Shown one piece after another: positions 45,253 through 56,500 of a stretch of 64,000 bases of DNA. Position 1 is the first letter of the stretch. The number at the start of each line of letters is the position of its first letter. The position numbers were made by a program, and so were the translations under genes. The notes beneath the pieces were generated by a model. It was not told where the DNA came from. It saw only the letters and a program-made list of their open reading frames with translations, and searched no databases. The stretch comes from an uncultured virus (IMG/VR IMGVR_UViG_3300038428_000489) (taxonomy: Duplodnaviria; Heunggongvirae; Uroviricota; Caudoviricetes): IMG/VR virus record IMGVR_UViG_3300038428_000489; one strand, given 5' to 3'.

Positions 45253-45426
45253 TCATTCATGGCTGTCTCCCGTTGGCTTATCTGGCCTATTCCTGCAACA
45301 TTTACAGTTTGGGTCAGGGCATGGGTCATCGACCCACCTGTTACAATCTAAGCAGGCGAATGAATCCCACTTACCCGAATATTCAACGGTGTGCTTAATA
45401 CAGATTTCACAGACAGGAGTAATCAT
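45253..45426 (-). CDS. Cys-rich small protein (57 aa)
   Basis: Manual: CEIC..DSFACLDCNRW..CPDPNCKCC.NRP.KP. Confidence 0.6.
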   Translation of the reverse strand: MITPVCEICIKHTVEYSGKWDSFACLDCNRWVDDPCPDPNCKCCRNRPDKPTGDSHE

Positions 45427-45595
45427 GCTACCACCTCCACAAAGGTATCACAAAACTCCAATCACAGTCCATCCACGGGTCTTCCCAGGCATCCTGCCCG
45501 CTCCTGGTAGGCGGCGCAAGGGGCCAGTCCCAGGCCGGCCCCTCTGCCTTATCTGGGTCCACTTGTGCTTGGCTTGGTGTGGTCCATGATTCCCT

Positions 45596-46036
45596 TCACT
45601 TCACCCAATTATGCAGGTTCGGCAGCGGCGGAATTACCGGCCATGCTACCTGCACTTTAGCTGAAGCCATGGCAATAGAGGCAGCATTGGCAGGAGCCGA
45701 CTGTTCCGCCGTATCCAGGGCAGCCATTGCCGCAGCCAACTCCGTCATCAGTACACAACCGCCGGTTTGGACGGTCTTGAACACCGTAGCCGCTCCCCCA
45801 ATGGATACGATCAGCGAGGCTACCCCCTGCGTCGGGTTAGGAATTGCCATAAGAATTGCCAGGATAGCATTAGCGCAGGTGATCCCGGCGTTAGCCTCGT
45901 TCTGCTGATCTACCGTGGGATTGCACAAAAGCTGCTGCGCCCCGGTGACGGCGTTACTGACGGTGGTGCAAGCGGGCATTACCGCTAGTGAGAAAATCAG
46001 TACTGCAAAGATTGTTGAAACAAGCATCTTCTTCAT
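45596..46036 (-). CDS. Lipoprotein, possible spanin
   Basis: Signal peptide ending MPA-C; lies in the lysis module. Confidence 0.55.
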   Translation of the reverse strand: MKKMLVSTIFAVLIFSLAVMPACTTVSNAVTGAQQLLCNPTVDQQNEANAGITCANAILAILMAIPNPTQGVASLIVSIGGAATVFKTVQTGGCVLMTELAAAMAALDTAEQSAPANAASIAMASAKVQVAWPVIPPLPNLHNWVK

Positions 46037-46068
46037 TGAATTATCCTTTCTCCTATATTTGTGATGAT

Positions 46069-46305
46069 TTATTTCGCCAGTGACTGAACCCCTTGAGCCT
46101 CACTACTTGCTTGCACAGCAGGGGGAGTCGCCTGGGCTACTGTGCCGCCGTGAACGTTGTAATCCTTGGCTGTTAAGCCGACAAGGAGTGCCCCAACACC
46201 AGACAAGATGACCCCGATAGCGTGGATGATAGGATCATTGATTTGGGTTAGGGCTACTCCCAGTGCCGCCACGATACCTGATACGGTTGTTTTCCAATTT
46301 ATCAT
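46069..46305 (-). CDS. Holin
   Basis: NWKTTVSG..two TM helices..AKD; AGGAGG RBS. Confidence 0.7.
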   Translation of the reverse strand: MINWKTTVSGIVAALGVALTQINDPIIHAIGVILSGVGALLVGLTAKDYNVHGGTVAQATPPAVQASSEAQGVQSLAK

Positions 46306-46315
46306 AGACCCTCCT

Positions 46316-46534
46316 TTACGAAGTTGGCGCAGCGGCATGAGCTGAGTCAGCCGCCGGTACGCAACTCATCTGTGCCTGCCAGCCGGCGATGTCGGATATT
46401 TCCAGAGCCACCGCCATTGGGGTTTTGCTGGCAACAGAAGCCATCACATCCGCCATATCCGCCACAAAGGTTACGCTCAACTGCGCTCCACCCGTGGCAC
46501 CAATCAGTACTACCGCTGTTCCTGTAATTGCCAT
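46316..46534 (-). CDS. Hypothetical protein
   Basis: AGGAG RBS. Confidence 0.55.
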   Translation of the reverse strand: MAITGTAVVLIGATGGAQLSVTFVADMADVMASVASKTPMAVALEISDIAGWQAQMSCVPAADSAHAAAPTS

Positions 46535-46894
46535 GTTGGTTTCTCCTTTTCATAACAAATAATGGTTCTTTTTCTTACACCGCTTAATGGGTAATCATCA
46601 AAATTCCATATCTTGTCCCAAGGCATTTCTCCTGTGTGTGGAGGATAACGCCTTTGGTTAATATATTCTACGAAGATGTCGCCCATTAATTTATCCTTCC
46701 CTACTTTTGCGAATCTGTCAACTCCATTTGTCCTTGCTCGAAGGGCAACTCGGGTCTATTCCACAGGGAAGCCCAACAGCAAATATGCTTCGGCAACCTA
46801 CAAAATCCGTCTATCTTCCAGTGGATGCAGGCTTTAATGGGATATGGATAAAGAGTCAAAACTATTCCCATAACCATGTCCGGGCATTTTTCAC

Positions 46895-47275
46895 TCAAGT
46901 CGTCTCCGGCATCCGCCAGGCGATAGCATCTTCCATAGGAATATGCTCGATACACACCTCATGGTCGCCCTTCTGGTTCCCGCCTATAAAATTCTCCCCA
47001 TGATGTTTGAACGCTACATGGCTGAAACTGAAAACCACGATGGCACCAAAGGGTTTCGTATCAGAAACATCCTTACCCCAATGCTTCCAAGAGAAGGCCG
47101 CCGCCGATCCGGTGCCTTTGATTCCCACCTGCTTCAAGCACCAATTCTCGAAAGCAGAGCAATAAGGCGTATGGCCGTCAGGATTGGGATAATTTGTTGC
47201 TGAAAAATATTTTAAATCATCGGGTTCTTTAACACCGATTTCCTTTTCAGCTATATCCATCCAGGGTGTTTTCAT
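46895..47275 (-). CDS. Endolysin, NlpC/P60-CHAP type (TIGR02594-like)
   Basis: PWMDIA..EIGVKE..TPYCSAFENWCL..GAIVVF..HVAF..GGNQ. Confidence 0.85.
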   Translation of the reverse strand: MKTPWMDIAEKEIGVKEPDDLKYFSATNYPNPDGHTPYCSAFENWCLKQVGIKGTGSAAAFSWKHWGKDVSDTKPFGAIVVFSFSHVAFKHHGENFIGGNQKGDHEVCIEHIPMEDAIAWRMPETT

Positions 47276-47278
47276 TTA

Positions 47279-47740
47279 TTAGCTCCTGTCTCTTGTCACA
47301 ACCGCCGCCGCAGCCGCCGCCGCAGCCGTTGCCGCCGATGACGCAGCCGCCGTCGTTGCTCTTATGGCCTCCAGAAGAGTTGACTGGCTATCCTTTACTT
47401 GCTCAAACCACGCCTGCATGTCTTTTCTCAGTTCCCCAAAGGTTTTCCAAATATCCTTGATTTCAGCTTCGTTTCTATCGCCCTGTTGAACCAAAGCAAG
47501 GTGGGCCGGGCAATGTGTAGGGTCAATGAGGCCCCCTGGGTTGCCAAATTTAGGCATTGCGTCTCCTGTTTCACCGATATTGACATTCACCTCTGCTCTC
47601 TCTCCCGAAAGGCGTCTCAAGGCGGCCTTAATCAGCGGCTTCAACCCCATCCCCGCAGCCTGAAGAATGACGATGGCTACCAGGATGGCGATGATTATCC
47701 AGGCATAGGGGTCACAGATATTTTTAAGGGTTTGGGGCAT
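47279..47740 (-). CDS. Membrane protein with coiled coil (holin/antiholin-like)
   Basis: N-terminal TM helix; directly upstream of the endolysin. Confidence 0.5.
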   Translation of the reverse strand: MPQTLKNICDPYAWIIIAILVAIVILQAAGMGLKPLIKAALRRLSGERAEVNVNIGETGDAMPKFGNPGGLIDPTHCPAHLALVQQGDRNEAEIKDIWKTFGELRKDMQAWFEQVKDSQSTLLEAIRATTAAASSAATAAAAAAAAVVTRDRS

Positions 47741-47772
47741 TTAATAATTCCCCGTTATTAGGACGGTTTTGA

Positions 47773-49143
47773 TCATATCGCTCCCCATTTTTCCAAGTCT
47801 TTGTACCGGTTCAGATGCGAGTCCAGATGCTCCTGCAGGGGCCAGAACTGCTTGTTGCCGGTGATCTCAATGCCGTCCACCTTCTTGAAGGCTTTCCCGA
47901 TTGCCGCCTCCATATCTTCATCGTGCCCCACGCCCACCCCGATCAGCCCATCGTTGCCAGCCACCCGGAAGACACCCAAGGAATCCTCCAAGACATCAAG
48001 CCAGGAAAAGTCGGATTCCTCCAATTTGCTGCTGATGAGGTTCCCGACGATCATCTCCTCAAAGTCCTTCCGATTGTTTTCCGTGGGCGGGAAGGGGGCC
48101 AGGGAGAGCACCTGGCTGGCTACGAAGCCGGGTTTCCAAACGGTTTGGAAAGGATTAAGGAAAAAATTGCCAACTTTTCCTTTCATAATGAACTTCAGCA
48201 GCAAGTAGAAGGCGCTCCACCCCAGTCTCAGGGTCCACTCAAGGATCCAGGCTTGAAGATCCGGAGTAATGATGCAGTTGGCCGAGATCGGGCCGCAGTA
48301 GCCTCTCAGGAGGCCGGCAGCGACCGTAATCTGCTTATAGATGATACCCCCAGGGTCATCGTCCAGCCACACCGTGTTGACCGCCGAGCCCACCCTGGGA
48401 CCTGATTTTCGGGAGTGGAGCTTCTTATCCTCCAGGGTGCTACTGAAAGGCCCCAGCTTGCCGTCCGGCCCCTTCCAGACCTCCCGGTCCAGTTCCGCCA
48501 CCTCACCCTCAACAGCCTGCTGCAGGACGCAATTCACCTTGTCGGTGCCGAGCCGCTTTGGGACTTTGTTTGTGAGGTAGTCGATGAGCTGAGCCGGCGT
48601 GCCATCGAAGGTGAGGTCCAGGGCCAGATTGTCGTCCGCTTTGAAGTACCATTTCTCCCTTTTCTGGCCCTCGGAGCTTTGTAGGAACCGAACAGCTTCC
48701 TTAATGGTTTTGAAGTCCTGGTAAGGCGGGATGCTAAAACCGCATTTTCGGGCGAACTCGATGCCTTTGGATCGATCAAGCTCATATTGAGCAACCTCTT
48801 CACCGCCTCCAATGACCAGCTTGTCCCAGGGCGGGCGTTTAAGGATGTCCCCCAGGCGCCCGTAGAGATCGGGGACATTGTGGCTGATGTTGAACTTGTC
48901 CAGGAGGGCCAGATCACGATAGGTTCTCCTATTCTTTACGATGGTGTCGATGCAGATGACCTCGGCCTTCTTGACCGCGGCCACCAAGTCGTCCAACCCG
49001 ACTCGGGGGAGGATGTTCTTGTAGCTGTTTTGGTAGTGGAGGTCGTGAAGATAGATTTGGCAGGGGATGCCTTCACGCAGAAGGTCCCGCATGACTGGCA
49101 GAGTCTCTCCTTTGCAGGAGAGGATGCAGAGGCTATTTTTCAC
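47773..49143 (-). CDS. ATP-grasp ligase, PurD-like
   Basis: ELDRSKG..IPPYQDF..A..F..YFKAD..LQQAVEG.E..LEDKK..GP..G..GPISAN..LEWTLRLG. Confidence 0.8.
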   Translation of the reverse strand: MKNSLCILSCKGETLPVMRDLLREGIPCQIYLHDLHYQNSYKNILPRVGLDDLVAAVKKAEVICIDTIVKNRRTYRDLALLDKFNISHNVPDLYGRLGDILKRPPWDKLVIGGGEEVAQYELDRSKGIEFARKCGFSIPPYQDFKTIKEAVRFLQSSEGQKREKWYFKADDNLALDLTFDGTPAQLIDYLTNKVPKRLGTDKVNCVLQQAVEGEVAELDREVWKGPDGKLGPFSSTLEDKKLHSRKSGPRVGSAVNTVWLDDDPGGIIYKQITVAAGLLRGYCGPISANCIITPDLQAWILEWTLRLGWSAFYLLLKFIMKGKVGNFFLNPFQTVWKPGFVASQVLSLAPFPPTENNRKDFEEMIVGNLISSKLEESDFSWLDVLEDSLGVFRVAGNDGLIGVGVGHDEDMEAAIGKAFKKVDGIEITGNKQFWPLQEHLDSHLNRYKDLEKWGAI

Positions 49144-49631
49144 GGATTTTTAGCCTTAATTGTTACAGTTACCTCTCCATCTTTATCAACCGGAATCCTC
49201 CCCCGGGTATCCTCAATTCCCCGGCAATGCTCCTGCCAGTTACCGCCGGCAGCTTCCAGGAAGGCCCGCTCCACCAGCAGCGCGAGAACATGGGCCTCAT
49301 CGTAGAGATTGCGGAGTTCGGGAGGGATGGCTTCGTAAGCCTGGGCTGAGTTTGACATTTTTACAAATGCGTGGGCCTTTGATATACCTTCCGGGGCCCT
49401 GGCGTAGGCGATAGCTGCCTCTTTGAAATTGTCCATGATGTCGATCTGTTCTTCGGTGATCCCGGCAGCCCGCAGGATAGCCGACTCGTTGAACTCGTGG
49501 AGCAGGACGGCTTGCTGGCTCAGAGGGGGCATCCCGTCCCAGGCCTCGATGACATCGCCGTGCCAATCCCCGGACGTGTCGTAACGCATGGCCGGGCTGG
49601 TGCGCCAGATGACTTTCGTGAAATCCCACAT
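49140..49631 (-). CDS. Putative zincin-like metalloprotein
   Basis: RYDTSGDW..VLLHEFNE..GITEEQID..AHVLALLVER; GTGA overlap with the ATP-grasp gene. Confidence 0.6.
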   Translation of the reverse strand: MWDFTKVIWRTSPAMRYDTSGDWHGDVIEAWDGMPPLSQQAVLLHEFNESAILRAAGITEEQIDIMDNFKEAAIAYARAPEGISKAHAFVKMSNSAQAYEAIPPELRNLYDEAHVLALLVERAFLEAAGGNWQEHCRGIEDTRGRIPVDKDGEVTVTIKAKNP

Positions 49632-49746
49632 TTTCTTTCCTCTTTAGCTTTCCTCATGGCTTCCCAATCAGCTCTGGGAGGTCTTGGTAAAATGCTTCGG
49701 AAGCGACAAGTTAGGAATTCAATCATTGGGATATTCCCAAGATTAC

Positions 49747-50079
49747 CTAGTTGACAATGAGATAGTTAAAAGTTTCACTCCCCGTTGCCCCTATATGGGT
49801 AATGGTGAACGAGACTCCAGCCGATTTCCCGCTGATGTACGGAACCAGGGTAGCGACAGTAGCCGCCAAGTTGGTGGGGAATAAGAATATCAGTGAATTA
49901 GCCGTCACCGCAGCATTGTTTACCGTAGTGGTTGCCCCAGCCGTCAGGGTTACAGGTCCGCCATGAAGGGAAGCCTGCTTGGCGTTCAAGAGCGCCATAA
50001 GGTCGGATTGGGTCGATATGACCCCAATAATGTCACCCCATTCAAAACCACTAATTTCGCTTGGAGGAAAGGTATCCAT
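49747..50079 (-). CDS. Small fibre-like structural protein
   Basis: WGDIIG..QSDL; VTL..V..AVTANSLIFL..SFTI. Confidence 0.55.
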   Translation of the reverse strand: MDTFPPSEISGFEWGDIIGVISTQSDLMALLNAKQASLHGGPVTLTAGATTTVNNAAVTANSLIFLFPTNLAATVATLVPYISGKSAGVSFTITHIGATGSETFNYLIVN

Positions 50080-50090
50080 TGACTCTCTCC

Positions 50091-50471
50091 TTAAACCCCG
50101 ATGAATGGAGACAGTACATTGCCGGTGTTGGCCGTGACCTTGACTTTAAGCCAGCGCAGAGGAGTTTTGATCGCCAAAATTTCCTCAGTTGGCGCCGCGT
50201 AAGTTTTGGTTACAAAAAGCTGGTATCCATCGTAACTGTTAAGTGGCTGAGCGACCAGCATAGAACCGCAGACCTCGAAAGTGGCCGCGGTATCGCACCA
50301 GAGGCTCAGACACATCTTGTCGTAAGATTTAGTCTGAATCCATTGACCATTGGTGGTGCCTGATAAAGGAATGACATTAATTAATTTATTCTGGGCATCC
50401 AATACCAGATCACCCAGAAGGTCCCCTTCGACATTTGCTTTCGGATCGGTAAACCGTACAACTCCAGGCAT
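50091..50471 (-). CDS. Small beta-sandwich protein, probably structural
   Basis: AGGAG RBS; PLRWLKVKVT. Confidence 0.55.
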   Translation of the reverse strand: MPGVVRFTDPKANVEGDLLGDLVLDAQNKLINVIPLSGTTNGQWIQTKSYDKMCLSLWCDTAATFEVCGSMLVAQPLNSYDGYQLFVTKTYAAPTEEILAIKTPLRWLKVKVTANTGNVLSPFIGV

Positions 50472-50530
50472 GATCTGTCTCCTTATTTCCCCATAAAGGA
50501 ATTTTGGTTAAATATCAAGTGCATTTGTCC

Positions 50531-53500
50531 TTATAAACCCAAGAACTGATACCTATCCGTTTTCTTTCGAGTCTTTCCCGGCTGTCCAACCTTCTCCAAG
50601 TTCTTCTCAATGTCGGCGCTGATCGCCTCGTTGACCTCATCCATTCCGGGCGTTTCCGTGGCCGGTCTTAGAATCCCCAGGCCGGTAAGGTCCTGGCCCG
50701 CCAGCGGCTCCTCCGGCATCTGCATATCCTGAATGGTGTCGGCCACCTTATCCATATCCAACTCTCTCAAGAGGGGAACCAGGGCGTCCCGGTTACGGAT
50801 AAGCATTTCCGGCTTGGCATTGGCGATCTTCCTCTGCATCAGGGGTGTCCATTGCTGGCGCTCATAGTCTGATGCCTGTTCCATAGTCCGCGCCATCCAT
50901 TCAAGCGGAAGCCTATAAAATCGAGCTTGCCCCGCGGGGACTTGGCTCTCTTCCACGATCTCCTTGACCTGCTGGCGCGTCAATTTCCCCTCACTCACCG
51001 CCTGTGTGGCTGCTTCTTCAAATCCCTCGCTATCTTCATCCCGTGCCATCTTTGTCAAATCGCCCCGGAGCTTTTTGGTCTCTGCCGATTCCTTAGTAGT
51101 AGTGGAGGCCCGCATTAACTGTTTATATTCGTCGATGACATTCTGCGCCGGGGTATTGGCGATTTCACGGGGGACTGGTCTTACTCCAAATAGACTCAAA
51201 GCCGCTCTCTCCGGTCCTTGCTTTGCTCCTTTCTGATAGCTTTGCAGAATAAAGGGCGATGCCTGCTTGGTCATATATTTCAGGACACCCCAAGCTTGCT
51301 GGCTGTAAGGATCGTAATGGTCGGCGATCTGGTTGCCCCAATAATCCTTATTCTCAATAAGATCGCTGATGATATGGATAAAAGTCGCTTCCTTGGCCGT
51401 CACGGTGCGGAAGGGATGTTTCCATAACCCCATGGCGTCCTTTAGGTAAGAAGGAAGCTGCAACCGTTCCTCGGCACCGTTGGGCATAGTCTCGCCAGTA
51501 GCCGGGTAGAAATAATCCTTGAGCTGTTCCGGTTTCTTTCCGGTGAAGGCCCAGTGCATAAGCCCACCCATCATTCCCACAGAAAAGAGTAAGCCTGTAG
51601 CATATTGCAACGCAAGACGATCCTGCATCTTTAAATCTCTGACGGGTTCTCCCCGGGCGAAATCCACCGCTTTCATCAAAACATCCTTGGCTCCGGCAAA
51701 GCTGCGGGAAGCCAGTTTGGCACTCCCGATGTTGAACCGGGGGAACTGAATGATGGCTCCGAAAAGGCTTTTGACCGTGGCGTTCATAGCCACATTGTCC
51801 TTGGCTACCTCCCCCCAGACATTATCGGCGTGCTCGCGGACCTCATAGGCTATCCGGGCTTCTTCCTCGGGGGTGGCGGGGCGCCCCTGCGTTCTCTGAA
51901 ACCGTTCCACTTCCTTGTTAAATTCCAGATAGATTTGCCCGTTTTTGCCCTGGGGCACCACATAATCCATCAGACCAGCAGAGGCGGTTTTCAGTAAATG
52001 GCCCGTAGCCTGTAAGGGATGAAGAGGCCCTGCTTCCCAGACATCTTGAAGATGCCCGGCTAGAATCTTTTTCAAATTGGTTTCTGCTGCTGGCCGAGTT
52101 CCGCCACCTACCAGAATCTTGGCTATTTCCAAGACATGAGCGTCAGCCTTCTCAGGATTCATCAGGGCGCGGTCGAACTTCAAACCTTGTCTCATGTAGA
52201 TAGGTAGTGCTGCGGGCGCAGTAACCAACTGGCCAAGTCCGCCAGCCACCCTCGGCAAATCTCCGTGGAACAGCCCTCCGACGGTATCCGATAGACCAGC
52301 CCATGACTGGCTGGCCATAGAATTGATGCCTTCAAAGAAGAAATGCCAGCCGGATAGGGCCATCTGCATATGCCTGATACCATAGAGGCTCCTAGTATAA
52401 AGCTGGTAGGCATCGCTGCCTTCCAACCCCCGGCCCACGAAATTTTCCACTTGGCGCACCACTTCATCGGGGCCGACTCGGTATCCGACTCGCATCCAGC
52501 CTTTGAGTGCCGGGATTTCCTCATAACCCATGCGTTCTCCGCCAGGAATAATACCGCCTTTTTTTGCCCCAGGGATTGTTATTTGTCGGTCTGACCCCCC
52601 CAAAGGTAAAGTTTCTTCATCTGCACGTTCTGGGATCGCTTGCACAGCCCGACGCTCCACCTTTTTCCAAACCTCCCCATAGGAACCGGGAAACTGGCGA
52701 TAGCCTTCCGGCATTCTGTCCAGGCTCTTTACTACCTCTACTTTTCCCGCATTTTTCAAATCAGCGATGATTCTCTGGCTGCCGATAAAGGCTTCATGGG
52801 CGGCCCGGCCTGCCATAACCGATTGCGCCAAGGTCGGGAACCTCGGCTCTAATCCGGCTTCAATCCCTGCCGGGATGCTGACCACGGTTCTCAGGTTACG
52901 GAAATATTGAGGCCCTTCCAAGGAGCGGGTCCGCCCCTCAAAGATAGCTTTTTTAAGTGCCTCCAATTTCTCACTCGGTTTCCATAGATGATCCATATAA
53001 TTGGAGAGATCGTTCATGCTGATGCCGAGTTCATGGATGGCAGCCACTTGACGGCGCTCTTCCGGTTTGTAGCTATCGGCAAAGGCTTTCAAAGTGGGGT
53101 CTTTGACTTGATCCGCCTTGCCGCTTTCATAAAGGCGGAGAAAATCAAGCACCCGGGGGTCATCGAAGCGGGTATCTTTATCGAAATCCGCAAAACTCCG
53201 GTTCATACGGGTAACTTCGGCTTGGACCTCGGCAGTCCGCCCCGCAATAATCTGGTGGGTCCACCTGCCCTCTTCGGTGCGGCGGGCCGGGTAGAAAAGA
53301 CGGCTCAGGGTATCTTTAACTCCCGTGTAGTGAGCGTGAGCCGCTTCTACATTTCCTTTCACGGCACCGGTGATACCGCCCACTATCTGCCAGGGGCGTT
53401 CTCCTTCCACGCCTTCATCTTCCCGCACCCGGTATCTGGTCGGCGCCAAGGCCTCGGGTAACTCCTTCCCCCGGGGTTCACGGCCAAACATCTCTCCGCT

Positions 53501-56500
53501 CCGAGCCTTGGTGAAAATATCGTCCACATTCTCGTACCCGGTAATGGCCCTAATGATGCGGGTAAAGAAGTCTTTGATTTTCTGGAAGATAGTGTCGGGA
53601 GCAACCTTGGGGTCCCATTCCTGGTAGGCTTTGGCACGAAGCTCTTCATTGTCGCCGTATTTCTCGGTGACTTTCGCCAGTTCAGCGGGGGTCAGAAAAT
53701 ACTGTTCAACGTGGTGCCAGAGCTCGTGGTCCAGGGTTCGAGGCCCTTCACCCCGTGCGATTTCAATGAAACCCCCGAGGTTAAAAGACAACGACGTGTA
53801 CGCCCCGCGAATAGTTCTTCCTTCAGGATCAATGCCTAAGGCGGCATAATCCGGGCCTATGGTCTCACCTAATCCGAGTTTAAGAGAACCATCTTTAGCT
53901 TCCCGGATGAGAACCATCTGGCCGCTTTTCTCTCGGATGACCCAGCCGCGGTTATCATCTGGCCCAATCTCCCCAGGAGCCATTTCTGTCACAGTGCCGT
54001 TCTTGCCAAAGCGTTTTTGGATGATATCAGTGGTCAGACCGCGGGAAAGAGAGGCTTCCTGTTCAGGGGCAAGGCTGAACTTTGTGGGTTCGGCGGGGGT
54101 TATCTCAGAGGGCGAAAGTTTTGCAGGTTGGGGGCGTTGGCCTCTATCAACTGCGCCAGCTTGGGGTTCTTTTTCCACAATGCCGACATAGCCGCTTTGA
54201 CCAGGGAAGAATCTGGCTCGATCTTGCGAAAGGGCGTTTTTAATGGCTCGGTAGGCTTCATTTTTGACGGCTCCTTTGTTTGCCGACCCCGCCAATGCCT
54301 CAGCATATTGATTGAGGGTTTTGCTTGTCTCGCTATCTGCAAGATAAGCGAATTTGTCCACTAATGCAAGGGCATTGGCTGATTCTTTGGAAATTAATTT
54401 ATTGGTTTCAGGGTCTAAAACATTCCCAGCTTCCCTCAGTCTCGTGGTTTTCTTGGAAACTAAGGTAAATAAACCCCGATCCTGTAAAAGTGATTTGCGG
54501 GCATGGCTAAGAATTTCTGCCTTTTCTAAAATTAAGGTATTTACTAGTTCCTGTTCTCCGAATAAATCTTTTTGCATACCGGGGACTCTCGGAGCATTAA
54601 CCGAAAGGCGAATAATCTCCCTAAGTTTATCATTGCCTATTACTTTGCCTTTGCCCTCCCAATCCGATAAAAGTTTATAAATACCTTCTTGCGCCGAAGG
54701 ATCACCACCAAGTTCCCGGCCAATAGTCACGGCCTTATCCACGGGGAAACGACCGATGCTGACCTGATGGAAAATCGGGTCAATCACCTGAGATAAGGCA
54801 ACCGCTCTGTCTGTTTTAGCTTCACTCAGAGAAAGTCCCTCATTGGCTAAATCTTCGGGGGTCAACTTCGTATCCCGCATGAATTTAGCCATGTCCATTT
54901 CAGTGCCTCGGCCCTCGGCAATATTGATTTTGGCTCCATAGGCCCTGGCTTCCTGGGCAGACCATTGGGCTGAATCAAGAATCTGCGCCCGAACATCTTT
55001 AACACCAAGCCTTTTAGCCAAGGCCAAGCGCTGATGACCGTTCACCACGAATTGTTCACCATCGGGGGATTTCCATAGAGTGACGACACCGCCAAGTCCC
55101 TCATCCCATTTCTTCACATCTTTAAGGGCTAAGCCTGCGCCCGTTTCAGACTCGTAGCCTTGCTTGAATTGAAAAGTCTCAGGAGCAACCTTAATTTCTT
55201 GAACAGGAACACGCTCAATAGCTATCCCCTCCCCCCCAGCTTCCGGGGCGGGTTTCGGGGCGAGACCGAAGGCGGCGCCTACCCCACCTTCCGGGACTTT
55301 CGGGGCGAGGTCGGGAAATCTCTTTAAAAGGGAATCAGATACTTTCTCTCCTCGTGCAAGTTTAGCCTCTGTCAGTCTTCTTAATTTTGCATCTGGCTCT
55401 TTCTCTGGACCTTGCTGTTCCTCTTTAAAAAATCCTGCTTCCTTCCTCAATGCTTCTTCTTTTGAAGTTTTAGGCGTTGCCCTTTGTTCATCGTAATTTC
55501 CTGTTAAAGTATAATTTAATTGTTTCCGTCTGTTGGTAATTTCTTTTAATGCTTCTTCCTTTGTGTTAAAAGTTTCATCGCTTCTTTTTAATCCATCTTC
55601 ATTGAATACTCTTAAACTCCATAGATTTTTGTTTTTATATTTATTAAATTCATTCTTTAATTCATAAGTATATTTTGGTAAAGAGCCACTTTCATAGGCA
55701 TTTATCCAATCAACAGCATCTGAGCGGTCTCCGTACATTGACTTTTTGATACCAAGGCTTTCATTGGCAACCAAAATACCATCTGTTACTTTGTCAATTT
55801 CCCATCCCGGAGGAGCCTTTTCCCCCTCCCCCTTCCCAGCTTCCGGGGCTTTCGGGGCGAGGTCAGTCTTGGCTTCCGGGGGCGGATTTTTGGGAAATAT
55901 TATTTTACGCGCTTGGTCAACACCACTAAGTTGTCTCGCAATGCTGTCGGCTTCAACAAATTGGTTTGTTCCAACAACAGGTCTATCCCCGAAAAATTCT
56001 ACATTAATTCCATACTTAGGAATTTCAGTAGATTTGTCATGGACAATAAGGGTCAATATGGGCTTGTGGTTTTGGTCTGCAAGCTTCTGCGCTTGCTTTA
56101 ATTGCTCCTGACTTATTTCTCCGCTACGTTGCAACTTAAAGGGTTTATCTTCTTTGGTTCCATGAACACGACGCGGCATTGGTTCTCCTTTTTCTGCCCA
56201 TGCCGTTACTGTTTTTTCAAGTTCTTTTTCAAAGGTGGTTTCTAACTCATCAGGGAAAACTTGATAGAATCTATTTCTATCTCGCTTTAATTCTCCCCAC
56301 GGCTCTTTCGCCGGGGCTGCGGCCTCACCAGACGGCGCAGGAGGCACGGTAGAGGACGGAGCAATGGTAGGGGCAGGGGTAGTCCCTGCCTTAGGCATCG
56401 GCTGATCCGGTAGTCCCGGTTCGGGAGCGGGTGGCATCTTCTCTGTCGGTTCACCTCCCGCCGGGGTCGGTGAAATTCCCACGTTGCCGGGACCTCCCGC

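Noticed and set aside
47300..47360. GCC-rich microsatellite
   Set aside because: It is simply the poly-Ala tail of 47279..47740
47773..49143. purD as an auxiliary metabolic gene
   Set aside because: Too divergent, lacks the substrate-binding N-terminal motif, and has no purine-pathway context
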